Of a DNA stretch of 64,000 nt, positions 35,791 through 49,100 are shown one piece after another. Numbering within the stretch: the stretch's first letter is position 1; each line of letters opens with the position of its first letter. The DNA is from Obrimoposthia wandeli (Eukaryota), in the NCBI GenBank assembly GCA_977020255.1, contig CDROCS010000465.1:868001-932000 (forward strand), in the 5' to 3' direction. The notes under the pieces were generated by a model that saw nothing but the letters and a program-made list of their open reading frames with translations, was not told the DNA's origin and ran no database searches. A program made the translations under genes and the position numbers.

Positions 35791-38294
35791 TTGAGTAATA
35801 TATCATATTCTCATCAGATATTAGTGCTATTTTAAATGTACTAGAGTGATATTATTAATTTTATTTTTTTGTCCTTTTATTGGATATTTGTTCGATATTA
35901 AATTCAAAGAGATTTTAATAGTTTTCATGAAGAAGCACTTTTGAGTAATATATCATATTCTCATCAGATATTAGTGCTATTTTAAATGTACTAGAGTGAT
36001 ATTATTAATTTTATTTTTTTGTCCTTTTATTGGATATTTGTTCGATATTAAATTCAAAGAGATTTTAATAGTTTTCATGAAGAAGCACTTTTGAGTAATA
36101 TATCATATTCTCATCAGATATTAGTGCTATTTTAAATGTACTAGAGTGATATTATTAATTTTATTTTTTTGTCCTTTTATGTAATATTTGATCGATATTA
36201 AATTCAAAGAGATTTTAATAGTTTTCATGAAGAAGCACTTTTGAGTAATATATCATATTCTCATCAGATATTAGTGCTATTTTAAATGTACTAGAGTTAT
36301 ATTATTAATTTTTTTTGTTGTCCTTTTATTGGATATTTGTTCGATATTAAATTCAAAGAGATTTTAATAGTTTTCATGAAGAAGCACTTTTGAGTAATAT
36401 ATCATATTCTCATCAGATATTAGTGCTATTTTAAATGTACTAGAGTGATATTATTAATTTTATTTTTTTGTCCTTTTATTGGATATTTGTTCGATATTAA
36501 ATTCAAAGAGATTTTAATAGTTTTCATGAAGAAGCACTTTTGAGTAATATATCATATTCTCATCAGATATTAGTGCTATTTTAAATGTACTAGAGTGATA
36601 TTATTAATTTTATTTTTTTTGTCCTTTTATTGGATATTTGTTCGATATTAAATTCAAAGAGATTTTAATAATTTTCATGAAGAAGCATTTTTGAGTAATA
36701 TATCATATTCTCATCAGATATTAGTGCTATTTTAAATGTACTAGAGTGATATTATTAATTTTATTTTTTTGTCCTTTTATTGGATATTTGTTCGATATTA
36801 AATTCAAAGAGATTTTAATAGTTTTCATGAAGAAGCACTTTTGAGTAATATATCATATTCTCATCAGATATTAGTGCTATTTTAAATGTACTAGAGTTAT
36901 ATTATTAATTTTATTTTTTTGTCCTTTTATTGGATATTTGTTCGATATTAAATTCAAAGAGATTTTAATAGTTTTCATGAAGAAGCACTTTTGAGTAATA
37001 TATCATATTCTCATCAGATATTAGTGCTATTTTAAATGTACTAGAGTGATATTATTAATTTTATTTTTTTTGTCCTTTTATTGGATATTTGTTCGATATT
37101 AAATTCAAAGAGATTTTAATAGTTTTCATGAAGAAGCACTTTTGAGTAATATATCATATTCTCATCAGATATTAGTGCTATTTTAAATGTACTAAAGTGA
37201 TATTATTAATTTTATTTTTTTTGTCCTTTTATTGGATATTTGTTCGATATTAAATTCAAAGAGATTTTAATAGTTTTCATGAAGAAGCACTTTTGAGTAA
37301 TATATCATATTCTCATCAGATATTAGTGCTATTTTGAATGTACTAGAGTTATATTATTAATTTTATTTTTTTGTCCTTTTATTGGATATTTGTTCGATAT
37401 TAAATTCAAAGAGATTCAGATATTAGAAGAAGCACTTTTATTTTAATAGTTTTCAGATATTAGTGCTATTTTAAATGACTTTTAATAGTCCTTTATTGGA
37501 TTTTGATTTGTTCGATATATCATATTCTCATCAGATATTATGTATTTTAATGTACTAGAGTTATATTATTATTTATTTTTTTTGTCCTTTATTGATATTT
37601 GTTCGATATTAAATTCAAAGAGATTTTAATAGTTTTCACAAATATATCATATTCTCATCAGTAATATATTTTATTACTAGAGTTTATTATTAATTTGTCC
37701 TTTTTATTGATATTTGTTCGATATTAAATTCAAAGAGATTTTAATAGTTTTTTTATAATATATCATATTTTCATCAGAAGATTTTAGTCCTTTTATTGAT
37801 ATTTGTTCGATATTAAATTCAAAGAGATTTTAATATTTTTCATGAAGCACTTTTGAGTAATATATCATATTCTCATCAGATATTAGTGCTATTTTAAATG
37901 TACTAGAGTTATATTATTAATTTTATTTTTTTGTCCTTTTATTGGATATTTGTTCGATATTAAATTCAAAGAGATTTTAATAGTTTTCATGAAGAAGCAC
38001 TTTTGAGTAATATATCATATTCTCATCAGATATTAGTGCTATTTTAAATGTACTAGAGTTATATTATTAATTTTATTTTTTTTGTCCTTTTATTGGATAT
38101 TTGTTCGATATTAAATTCAAAGAGATTTTAATAGTTTTCATGAAGAAGCACTTTTGAGTAATATATCATATTCTCATCAGATATTAGTGCTATTTTAAAT
38201 GTACTAGAGTTATATTATTAATTTTATTTTTTTTGTCCTTTTATTGGATATTTGTTCGATATTAAATTCAAAGAGATTTTAATAGTTTTCATGA
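35782..38294. repeat. Tandem satellite with a ~150-bp monomer: 11 regular units, a scrambled zone (~37415-37843), then 3 more units
   Basis: GAAGCACTTTTGAGTAATATATCATATTCTCATCAG... recurs at 35782, 35932, 36082, 36232, 36381, 36531, 36682, 36832, 36982, 37133, 37285, ~37845, ~37995 and ~38146. Confidence 0.97.
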
Positions 38295-39089
38295 AATTAT
38301 CATCCTAAATAACTTAAATATTCTGTGTAAATTAAAATATTAATTTCTGATACTCTGTACTATTTATCAATGGTATTGCTAATTACTTAGTACAAAAATA
38401 AATTCGTTCAATTGAAAAACTATAAAATGTACTATAAAGATACCCTATTTATACATGAATAGATATTTACGCATTCAAAATTTTCCAAAACATAACCAGC
38501 ATATAACAAATAAAAACGAAAGCTCTTAAAAATTTTATTTTTTTCACTTCATTGGCAGTCTTTGTTACAGTAGAGTTTTTAAGTCAAGTACAACTTTGAT
38601 AGTTTATGAAAATTCCACAATGTGCATTTTGATTATTTTTTTAATATAATGGAGAATTTCTATGGAATCACCATTTTCTTCTATAACCTTGATGGAACAG
38701 ATTAGTTAATGTTCAAAAATGGACTTTTATCAAATAGAATCAGCTGTATTGTTAGTCCTAGTCAAGAACATTTTGCATGTTAACAATACTAAACTGAATA
38801 ATTTAACAATGTTAAAATTACGAAAATGGGTTAATTAACCTTAGGTGATCTTAGGATGGGAAGGAGGACTTGACTCCATTCATCGACGAATGGATACAGC
38901 CAAGTACCAAAGGTTTTTATGCCGGTCCGCCAAGTTATATACGCATGTTATTTTGGGACAAAAAGAAATTGTGAAGAAATTGAATAAATGTTGATCTTGA
39001 GATTTTTTATTTTTGAAATTTTTTGTAATGTTATAAACTGTTTCTTTTAACTTTTATTGAAATTTAAATTGATGTTAAAATAATTTAAA

Positions 39090-40738
39090 TTGATCTCGTT
39101 ATTTTTGATCTTGTTGTGTGTCCTGAAGTTAAGTCAAAAATAGAAGCTATATCTCTGTCTCGAAGAACAATTGTTCGTCGCATAGATGCAATTGTAGTGA
39201 ATATTCAAGAACAGCTGTTAACAGCCAGTGATAGTTTCCAGTGGTTTTCTATTGCTTTAGATGAGAGTACTGATATTCAGGATACTGCTCAGTTACTCAT
39301 TTACATCAGAGGAATTGACAAAAACTTTGAGATTACAGAGGAATTGTTATCTATGGAGTCACTCAAAGACACAGTTACTGGAAAAGATATGTACACCAGT
39401 GTCATTAACAGTCTAATCAGGTCTGGATTAAGCCTGTATAAACTAGCAAGTATTACAACTGATGGTGCTCCTTCACTCACAGGTAAACATTCTGGCCTTG
39501 TAAAGTTGATGAATTATAAAATCAAAGAAGATTTTCCACTGCACAGGTCGTTGTCTTTTCATTGTATTATACATCAAGAAAACCTCTGTAAGTCTTCTTT
39601 AAAACTAAAACATGTTATGGATCCAGTGGTGCGTGCAGTGAATTCAATAAGAGCGCGGGGACTGAAACACAGGTAATTCCGAAGTTTCTTGGAAAACAAC
39701 GAGGCAGATTTTACTGGTGTGCTGTACCACACAAAAGTCCGCTGGTTAAGCATTGAAAAGGTACTAAAGAGGGTGTGGGACCTAAAAGCAGAGATTGTCA
39801 TGTTTTTTATTATGAAAGAAATCTCTTGTGACTTTTCAAAGGAAATGGAGAGTGACGAATGGGTTTGTGATTTTGCATTTGCTGTGGACATAATGCAAAA
39901 GCTGAATGAGTTAAACACAAAACTATAAGGCAAAGGTTTATTTTCTCATGAATTATACCTGGAAGTGAAAGTCTTTCAATTGAAACTTAAACTTTTAGCC
40001 AAGCAGCTGAATGAGCAAAACTTTGTTCATTTTCCTCTGTTGAAAACACGAGCGGTTACACAAGCATTATCAGACAAGTACTGTTCCCAGATGATGGCTT
40101 TAAAAGAGGAATTTATCAGAAGATTTGCTGATTTCAAGGCAATTGAAGGACAGTTCGATTTGCTCAGCTCACCTTTTACCTGTGACATTGAAACAGCTAC
40201 TGAAGAACTGCAGATGGAACTGATTGATTTACAAGCTGACAACTCTTTAAAGAGGATGTTTGAAAGTAAAACACTGGTCGAGTTTTATGCATCTCTGTCC
40301 TCAGAAAAATTTCAAACTCTGAAGAAATTTGCAAGAAAGATGTATGTGTTGTTTGCATCAACTTACATTTGTGAGCAGACTTTCTCTATAATGAAAGTTA
40401 ACAAGTCAAAGAACAGATCTCTTCTCACCGATTAAAATCTTCAGTCAGTGTTAAGGATCAGCACAACCAACTTGACACATGATTTTAACAAACTGGTAAA
40501 AGACTGCAGTCAGATGCATCATTCTCATTGACATTGTTCTGTTACTTATTGAGTCACTTTGTTTTTCAAATAAATGTGCTTCATGTAAAGTTTCTACTTT
40601 AAAATATTAATAAAAAAAAATTATATTTTTTTCTTTAAAAACCTTTTTATTTCATTTTAACTAAATATACTATGCGGCCCTTTAAATTTTTGAAATTTCT
40701 GAATGTGGCCCTTGAACTGAAAAGTTTGTCCACCCCTG
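39090..40738 (+). mobile_element. 5'-truncated hAT element (SPIN/GTF2IRD2-like transposase) with 3' TIR
   Basis: One frame from 39116 to 40531 with three in-frame TAA stops. Motifs ALDESTD, ITTDGAP, HCIIH, RWLS, STYICEQTFS. Right TIR AAAGTTTGTCCACCCCTG is followed by TTCTAGAG. Confidence 0.9.
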
Positions 40739-41599
40739 TTCTAGAGTATACGCTTTATTATATGAAGTTAGACATTTATCTTTTAGCTGATGTATTGAGT
40801 CCTATTGTTTAAAATCTTTAGGAGAAGATGGACTAGATTCCATGCATTTCTTTAGTTTACCTGTTTTTCATTTAAAATATCTGTCGCCAAAATCTCATCA
40901 AAATTTATTAAAATGTCGTTTAAAAGGTTGTTTTGAATTATGTTAAGAAAATATTGAGCATAAATAAATTTTAATAAACATATTTTCTATTTTGAAAGAT
41001 GTTAAATTTTTTCATGTACAACTTTGGCTCAATTTTATATATTGAGTATTACAGTGATCTGATTATAAACTTTTTATTCAAAAAGTTCCCATCAAGAGCG
41101 TCTGTTAATTTCATTGGATGTTCAATGAAATGAACATTTACATAACACTAACAAAAGTATATTTATGTATGAATTTAAATAATGTTTATCTGTTGTCACG
41201 GGAACGAAGAGGAGCATATGTTGAAACAAAACTATCTATTGTGTATTCCATTCATTCCATATTTATTGCTATAACAATTAATTGAATAAATTTAAGTTCA
41301 TGGATGTTAGAATTTTTTTCCTTTTTATTTTCTCTTCGTCATGGGAAAATTTTTATTCTCAGTTCGTTTAATTAGATACTCATGGGATGTTTATCAAATT
41401 AAAAATTAATTTTTAGTAAAATATATTTAATTTATTAAATATAAATTTTTATAAACTATCTACATTTAAAATCTTTGCCAACTTGGCAAGTATTTAAAAA
41501 TGTTCATATTTCTTTTGCTAAATTCCGATTTATTTTGAATTTTATTTGAAATTGTTGTTTTGCTATTTACATACACCAAAATTACAATCAAATTCAAGA

Positions 41600-41735
41600 A
41601 AATTAAAAATTTTTCTGATCAAAGCCAGAATTGAATTCAAGATCCTACAGACTATCAAAAAATGTATTTTCTCACAAAACCCCAAATATTTTCTTTAGTC
41701 TTGTACAGTGAACTTGTATGTTCATCTTAGGATCA
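41600..41735 (+). mobile_element. L2/CR1-like LINE fragment abutting a U6 pseudogene
   Basis: GAATTCAAGATCCTAC...CATCTTAGGAT, as in the other copies. Confidence 0.5.
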
Positions 41736-41840
41736 ACTATTTTCGGATATATATTTGATAAAATTGAAGCGATACATAGAAGATTACCATGGCTCCTGCG
41801 CAAGGATGACATGCAAAATCGTGAAACGTTCTATATTTTT
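41735..41840 (+). pseudogene. RNU6: U6 snRNA pseudogene
   Basis: AAAATTGAAGCGATACATAGAAGATTACCATGGCTCCTGCGCAAGGATGACATGCAAAATCGTGAAACGTTCTATATTTTT aligns to U6. The ACAGAGA box reads ACATAGA and the AGC triad reads ACC. Confidence 0.9.
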
Positions 41841-43049
41841 ATTAACTAATTTCTTATACAATTTTTTTGTTGGTAAAATCGTTTTATTTGATAAACTTAA
41901 ACTGAGTAGGAATTTGATAAATTAAAAAAAACCTTAACTTATTTTAAAATTTCTTTTGCAAGAAGCCTTTTTAGAAGCACTTTTCAACCATATATGACCT
42001 AAATAAATCGTATTTATTCAATCAACCTTATTTTTCTTATTGTGATATTGATTTTGAAATTTTTGTAAAATATTGAAAAGGTAAACTTAAGCTATTCATT
42101 TATTTATTACTTTTAAATAAAACTAGATGTATAAATAATATTAAAAATGTTGATGTCCAAAATTAAACAAAATAATAAATTAAATTGGTTAAAATGACAA
42201 AAAACATATTAAAGTTAAAACGAATTAAAAATTATAATTTCACATACAAAAATGTCAACTAAAAGAAAGGTTTTTAATTTTAATGCCATAATCACAAAAT
42301 CCAATTAATAATGAATAGATAATGTCCTAATACCGAATACATAACGAAGATAAAAGTCAGCCACGAACCGAGTAATTCAGCAAGTTCTATTGGCAGTGAA
42401 TTTCAGTCTGCAAGAAAATATTTGGAATTTCCCAAATCCCGACGTCATTGGTCGCTATAAGAAGAACCAGTGGAGACGACAGCAAAACAATTACAAAACG
42501 CAAAGTCTTGGACAGAAGAGAAATACTGAATACTCTTCAAATCAAACAACAACTCCTCGGATGACAGCAACAACTGTGCTTCAGACGGTAAGAAGTGCAA
42601 GTTACATGTAATAATAAAAAAAGTAACACGTGAAAATAACGAGATAAACTTAATCGTATTAATATTCGAAGATCCGTCATGACCCCAGCCTTAATTGTAG
42701 TCATAAAAGCATAGAAAACCGCTTAACAGCCGCACCCACAGAATATGGCGCAATTCTCTGTTTTCCCCATATAAAGTAGACCTAGTTCCACCATAAAATA
42801 CATTCCAAACCCCATTATAAACCCCTGAAAACTGAAAATCTCATAGTGCATGCATAAAGTGCTCAAATGCTGTTAGGGCCCGCGATGGCCCTCTGAGCGG
42901 AGCGATATATAAATATGAAAATCACTTTATTCCTGTCATTTAGCAATTTGATGGGCTGCGATATGTACCATATACTTCTGCAAGCGTTGAGCCTGTTTCT
43001 GCGCTGTAGTATCTGTCATTTTTCAATTGACAGATAAATTCCTGGATAT

Positions 43050-43985
43050 TTTGGTGCATTTTGAAGGAGTCTATCTGCATTTTTTGATTATCTAGTTTGA
43101 GAAACTCATGAGAACTTTGGTATCACTCCTCTGACACATTCTGTCTTCTGTCAACACCTAGAGAGCAGCAACAGCCTCTTTTCCTACATAACCAAATCGT
43201 TGCTGCTATGTAGATATTGAGACAATATGTGTCAGAGGAGTGATACTAAGATTCTCAACGAGTTTCTTCAGCCAGATATTCATAAACCGCTCTCCACGTC
43301 TTTACAATAATGCCAGCAAGATGGAGTGAGAAGATCATTCTGGCCTAGTACGAGTTGGCAACGATGGTCTGGACTCTAAGCAGGTGTTCATTGGTTTGTT
43401 CATGCTGGTATACATGAAGATAGACGTGTACTTGCTTGCTGACTTCTTCACCATATTCCAGATGATAGCCATCGCTGACGACGGGCTCGAGCCACTCAAT
43501 TTTTTATTCATACCTGGTTTGTATCTATATTTTTCACTATGCAAATTTTGTAATTTGATACTTAATTTTCAGTAAATGCAGTTAATCGTTTTTCATTGAT
43601 TAAAGTTTAGTTGATTAAATGATTCATAAGCAGTAAATTTTGCATTTAATTTATAATTCTATCCACGGACTGACGTTCACAAGTGCCTTCAAATCTCTGT
43701 TAAACCAAAATCTTTCACATATGCTGCCGATTCGGGTGCTGCTTCCACCACAGCCGTTGTTGCTTCCACATCTGCTACCAATAGTCGAGCTGATTCAGAA
43801 CCCGGATATGTATAATCTCTTCCAGACTGAGATTTGAGGCGGTATGATCTTCTTCAACACACACACGGTGGACACTATCAATGGTACCGAAGTACTTTAC
43901 ATCGATGTGAATAACCTCTATGGATGGATCATGTACCAATTTTTGCCTTGCGGTTACTTGTGGGTAACTGACCGATTAAGGTAGG
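43050..43985 (+). pseudogene. Decayed Polinton-type protein-primed family B DNA polymerase fragment
   Basis: Collinear motifs GVY, YELATMVW, YMKIDVYLLADFF...GLEPLNFLFIPG, ELIQNPDMYNLFQTEI*GG, and YIDVNNLYGWIMYQFLPCG (motif A). Confidence 0.8.
43101..43266. repeat. ~165-bp inverted repeat (hairpin / MITE-like) inside the PolB remnant
   Basis: TATCACTCCTCTGACACAT (43121-43139) is the exact reverse complement of 43227-43245. Imperfect pairing extends outward and inward. Confidence 0.85.
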
Positions 43986-46133
43986 GTGAATTGTAACTGC
44001 TTTTAAATTTTCGGATCTCTTTTGCTCATTAATGGAAAGTAGGGTTTATTTATTTCCAATGTGTTGTTTAATAAATTTGACTATCTCCTCTGTTCTGATT
44101 AAGCAGTACCCGCAAGCTAGTAAAACGCCTAAATTATTAATGACCCATTATAATAAGAAATGCTTCACATTTTGTCTACAGAGGAATTCTGTTTGTACAA
44201 ACTAATGTTGTTTTTTTGTGAAATATATCTAGGATAATTTGACGCAAAAAGCTTTAGCTTCAACAGATTTTGAGAAGGATTAATATAAACGGAAAGTTAA
44301 TTCTTTGTTTAGGAAAGAAAAAAAAGTCAGAAAATCTAATGTAAATGTTCAAGCTGATTTGTTACATGCTATGATTGCTGATGGGCTGTTGCGTATCATG
44401 AAGTATTCAAAAAAATCAACTGCTATATACAACAATAAGAAAATTTAAGGATGAGAGTAAGGGGTTATTTAGCTTTTAGGCAAGGAATATTTCTATTTCC
44501 AAAATCATATAGCTTAGAGACTACAAAAAGAGAATGCCAGCTGACAAATGTAAGTGGTTAGAGAAGAATCGGCCAGCAACATACGGTTACATATTAATAC
44601 CCTGACGATGTTAGCTAATCTTTTTATTTGTACAATTTTTGTTGTGATTTTAATAAATAGAGTTTTAAAAATCTTTTTCTTACTAGATTATTTTGTTTTT
44701 ACGAGAATTATTTAATTATTATTTGAGTATTTTTAATAATATTTAATTCTTAAAAAAATTCATAAAATTTATTGAATTTTAAATGATTATTTATATTATC
44801 TTATTTAAATTAAAAAGCAACTGTCTCTTAATATATACAGACTACTTCAGTCTTATTAACAATCTAATATGCAAATGAGGCAACTGCCAATAAGAGCTTA
44901 TTTAAACATTTTTAGATAATTAATTTCATTTTTTAAAATGTCACATAGTACATGCTCACACACAAATACTTATGCCAATGTATTACCTTTTCAAATATCA
45001 TCTTTTTTCTACAAGTTTTAAATTACGTGACCAACTTTGTTACACATTCATACACTTGTAATCTTTACATAAACATTAATTAAGCTCTAATATTATTTAA
45101 TGGTTTTTAAGCAAGAAAATGTTAAATATATTGAATAGTTTAGATATATTTAATTTTTATTAGATATTCTTTTACGATTTCCTGTCTAGTATCTTTGATT
45201 GAACTTCAAGATATTTAAATTTTATTTTCTAATTATATATGATTTTGTATAAACAGTATAGTTCAACAAAATCGATGTTTTGTATAACGTTAAAATTTGC
45301 ACAACTGAATTCTTTTTGTTTTAAATTAATAATTTATTCTGAGCTAACGATTATTCTGATATTTTATATAAATTATTTCAAAATTTGGTTTTAATTCTTT
45401 TTCATAATTTATGAAATGTAAAAATGACAAAAGTTGAGGAAAATATATTAAAATTACAATCATTTCTCGTGTGTATTTTTCATAAATATCCGACCAACAC
45501 AAAACTTGCCTATCAGGATTGGAAGCAACAGTTTCCTTTCCCAAGTTTGTTGACTTTTTGTTTGCTGCCAAGGTTATTCCGTGGTCCATGTGCATTATGG
45601 ATTTTGCTGCCATTCAGTGGCAGTTTCATTGTCCAACAATCTAGCACCAATAACAATTGTGATGAAAATTTGGGATACTCTTTCTATTCATGTTTAGTCT
45701 GTTTATCTGCCTGTTATGTGCGTGTGCGTATCTCATGACAACAACAGAAACAAATAACAATTACCATCTTTTATAATTTTTCTCTTGTATCTAAAGAAAT
45801 ATTTGTTAGCTACTTCTGTTATTTTAAAAATAGAATCATTAGAAAAATATACTATCTATATAAACATTTGCAAACTTTATTTGTATTATTCTTACAATTA
45901 GTTTGGATTTATTATTTTTGTTTTAGTAAATCATTGATATCCATTCGAAGAACAAATTAGTTATCGCGATATAAATAAGGCGGGAACGTCTGATGATTAA
46001 CAACATGTTTCAATTGATTTTCCCAATAGTAAGTTTGATCAACTTGTTGATGTTTTTCTGAACTTGGAAATGTTTTTACAGTTCTAAGAAGTTTTAAGTA
46101 TAAAGAATTTGATTTTCTAAACATATTTATTCT

Positions 46134-49100
46134 ATGGTTTTATTGATTCAGGTACTAATGCTCATCAGAATCAGGAGTAAGTACTTATTTTTACATAAAT
46201 AGTTCAATTTGGTAAGACAGTTGTAAATGCATGTATTATTAATTATCAATTGATTATTTAAATATTGTTATGGGAATATTATATATGTTGTTAAGTAATG
46301 ATGGATTGTTGATATTTTAAAATTTACTATAATCAAAAATATAATGATAGAAAATCTAACAATCTAAAATGATTTTTTTATATTTCATTAGATAAATTGT
46401 ATACGGCCAGCGCGCAAATTCCGGCCCACACTCACATTTTATCCGTTAAGAATGTATTGAAGCGGGTCGCAGTATGGTTAAAAATGCAGTCTTATCCGAA
46501 TTATACAAACAGTATTTTCCTAGAAACAAAAAGAAAATAACAAATACTTTATAAACGTCAATATTTAAATCAAAAGCACAAAAATTAAAGTTGCAGGTCA
46601 TTTTTTTACTTTTGTGGGAGGAATTGATAAATATTTTAATATCACTTAAGAATTATTATCATTAAGTCCAATGTACAGCACAACTACAGGAGAAGAAATT
46701 TCCTAAACCAGGGATTCCCAAAGTGGGTTCTGTATACAAAAGCAGGGGTTCCGCGAGCTGAAATTTAATTAAAAATAAATTTATAAAAATTGGCATTAAC
46801 GATACTCGCCTCTACCTACTAACTACTTAATAAATACTTCATTAGTTTAACTTAAATTTTTATATTCTCATTTTTCAATACAAAGAAGTTTTATTTTTAT
46901 TCTTCCCTTTATGGGTTTAAGTATTTTTTGATAGGTAGGGGTTCCCATATTTTTTACATAATACCAAAGGGTTCCGTGGCCAAAAACGCTTGGGGACCCC
47001 TGTTCTAAGCTTTAAAACAGGCCATGTATGAAATTGAACTTTATTTCACTAATTTAAAAGATTATGTACGGCAAAGGAGTTCTTTCGCTCAAAAGATGTA
47101 TGGACACGTTAAGGCAAAACCATTTAAAATCTGAAAATTTCTATAATTTCCAAAAAGTTTCATTGCGATATTTACTCACAGAATATTGAAAGGTTTTAAT
47201 TCAGATATTTTCAATGTCTTAATTTATTAAATGTATTTTGTAAAAATTCCAGAAAAGTTTCAAATTGAGCTGCTGAAAATAAAAGAACGCTAGAACCTCA
47301 AGGCAAAATTAAATGATGTGTCGTTATATTAATTTTATAAATCTGCTTTAATCAATGAAGAATTTCCACATTTAGTTTCTCATGTGAGACTGATGTTATC
47401 ATTATTGAGACAGCACTTATAAATGTGAAAATTAATTTCCATCATGAAGCAAATAAATTACATTAACTTGGAAATAACTCTGCGTTTGACAACGAGCGAC
47501 ATCAAGTGTAATCTCGATGATTTGGTTAAAATATCTCAGTCGTCAAATTCTCATAAACTTCTAAAAAATTAAAATGTCTGTTTAAGTTCATGTTGATAAA
47601 AAATAGCATAACTACAAGTAAATATTTGTTTTTATAATTTTTCGTCGCTTGTACGCTAGCACAAATTGTGAGGGTTTATTAAAATTGATTGTCCCAACTC
47701 TTTAACAATATTTTACATTTGTCCCAGAATACAAAAAAGTTGCCCAATCCTGCTTTAAAGTGTAGGAGTTAAAAGCTTTTGTTAAGTAATTATATTTTTT
47801 ACAGATCTATGTTCTATTGTTTTGATATAATTACAATATGAATTATATGAATTAACTCCTATAACCCTATGTAGGCTATGCTATTATCGAAATTAGATCA
47901 TTTTTTTGATAATTAATTATAATAAGAAAATCGATATAGGGGAATAAGAGTATTTTTCTACATAAAGCAGATAATGAAACGACAATTTATTACTCTATCT
48001 ACCGGATGGGAAGCAAAGTTAACTAACGATAACCTTGCCGCAAATTCTGAAATGAGGATAGCGAAGGTTGTGAAGAAGTTTTTTAATCTACCTAATTTCA
48101 ATTTTGTTTAACTACATAAAACTATAGTTTTACAAATATTGTTACATGTGGATACAAAATTTATAAAGTTAAGGTCTTCATTTTTTCTCATGAAATCTGG
48201 GACTCTAGTATTTCCTATTTTATCAGTGGCATTTTCAGTGTATATCAGTTGGGTTTTAATTCACAGTAGCTGTATTTGAAATATGTATTTATGACATTTT
48301 AATTTGTTATTTCTTCAAGATATGGAAATTGACACATGTATATTCGGTTTTGGTGTGTGAGAATAATTACATGGTATTGATTTAATTTTTATATCTAGCC
48401 TCCTCACAAGAGATTTGTGTAAGCACGACCAATATGAGCATGATGACTATGAATTTGGCTGGCGCGGGCCTCTACAAGACCCAGGATATGAGTGGCAGCG
48501 ACATGTCTGAATGCAGCGGCGAGTGCTCTGCATCGTCCTTCAAGTACGCAGGCATCTGGAAGGAAAAATACTGTTTCTGCATAAGCGACATATCCGCAAT
48601 GACAAACCTCACGACAGCGGGATGCGTTGCTGGGGACGGTCTGCGTGTTGTGTTGGCAGAGCAGTCCGATGTTGAGTTGATCTATGATGTGAGTAGTCAA
48701 TACAGACTGCTAACTTTCCTGCAAAGACCGCAACATAACCTACAATTCTTCAAACATGGTAAAGACATTTAGCTAAGCATAATAAAGTTCTTTATTTCAT
48801 CGAGAAATACATTTATAGATTGATACATGTCTGTTTTAAGCTCATGCAACTAACAGCTACACACAACAGTTACTCGAATACGCCATATTCAAGACAGAAT
48901 TCTGTATCTTCAGATTTATATTTCTCCAGTGATACATATTCAAAATATGTCATTTAAATTGACTCTTGACATTTTTATGTTGGATATTTTTGGGCAGTGA
49001 TAATACTATTCTATTCGTAATGATAAGCAGCTCATACAAAGTCATAATCACTCCGAAAAGAAATTAAATTGGTTTTGTGTATATAGTTTTAAATGTACTA

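Noticed and set aside
35782-38294. CRISPR-like array
   Set aside because: Whole monomers repeat with no unique spacers; eukaryotic context with no cas genes.
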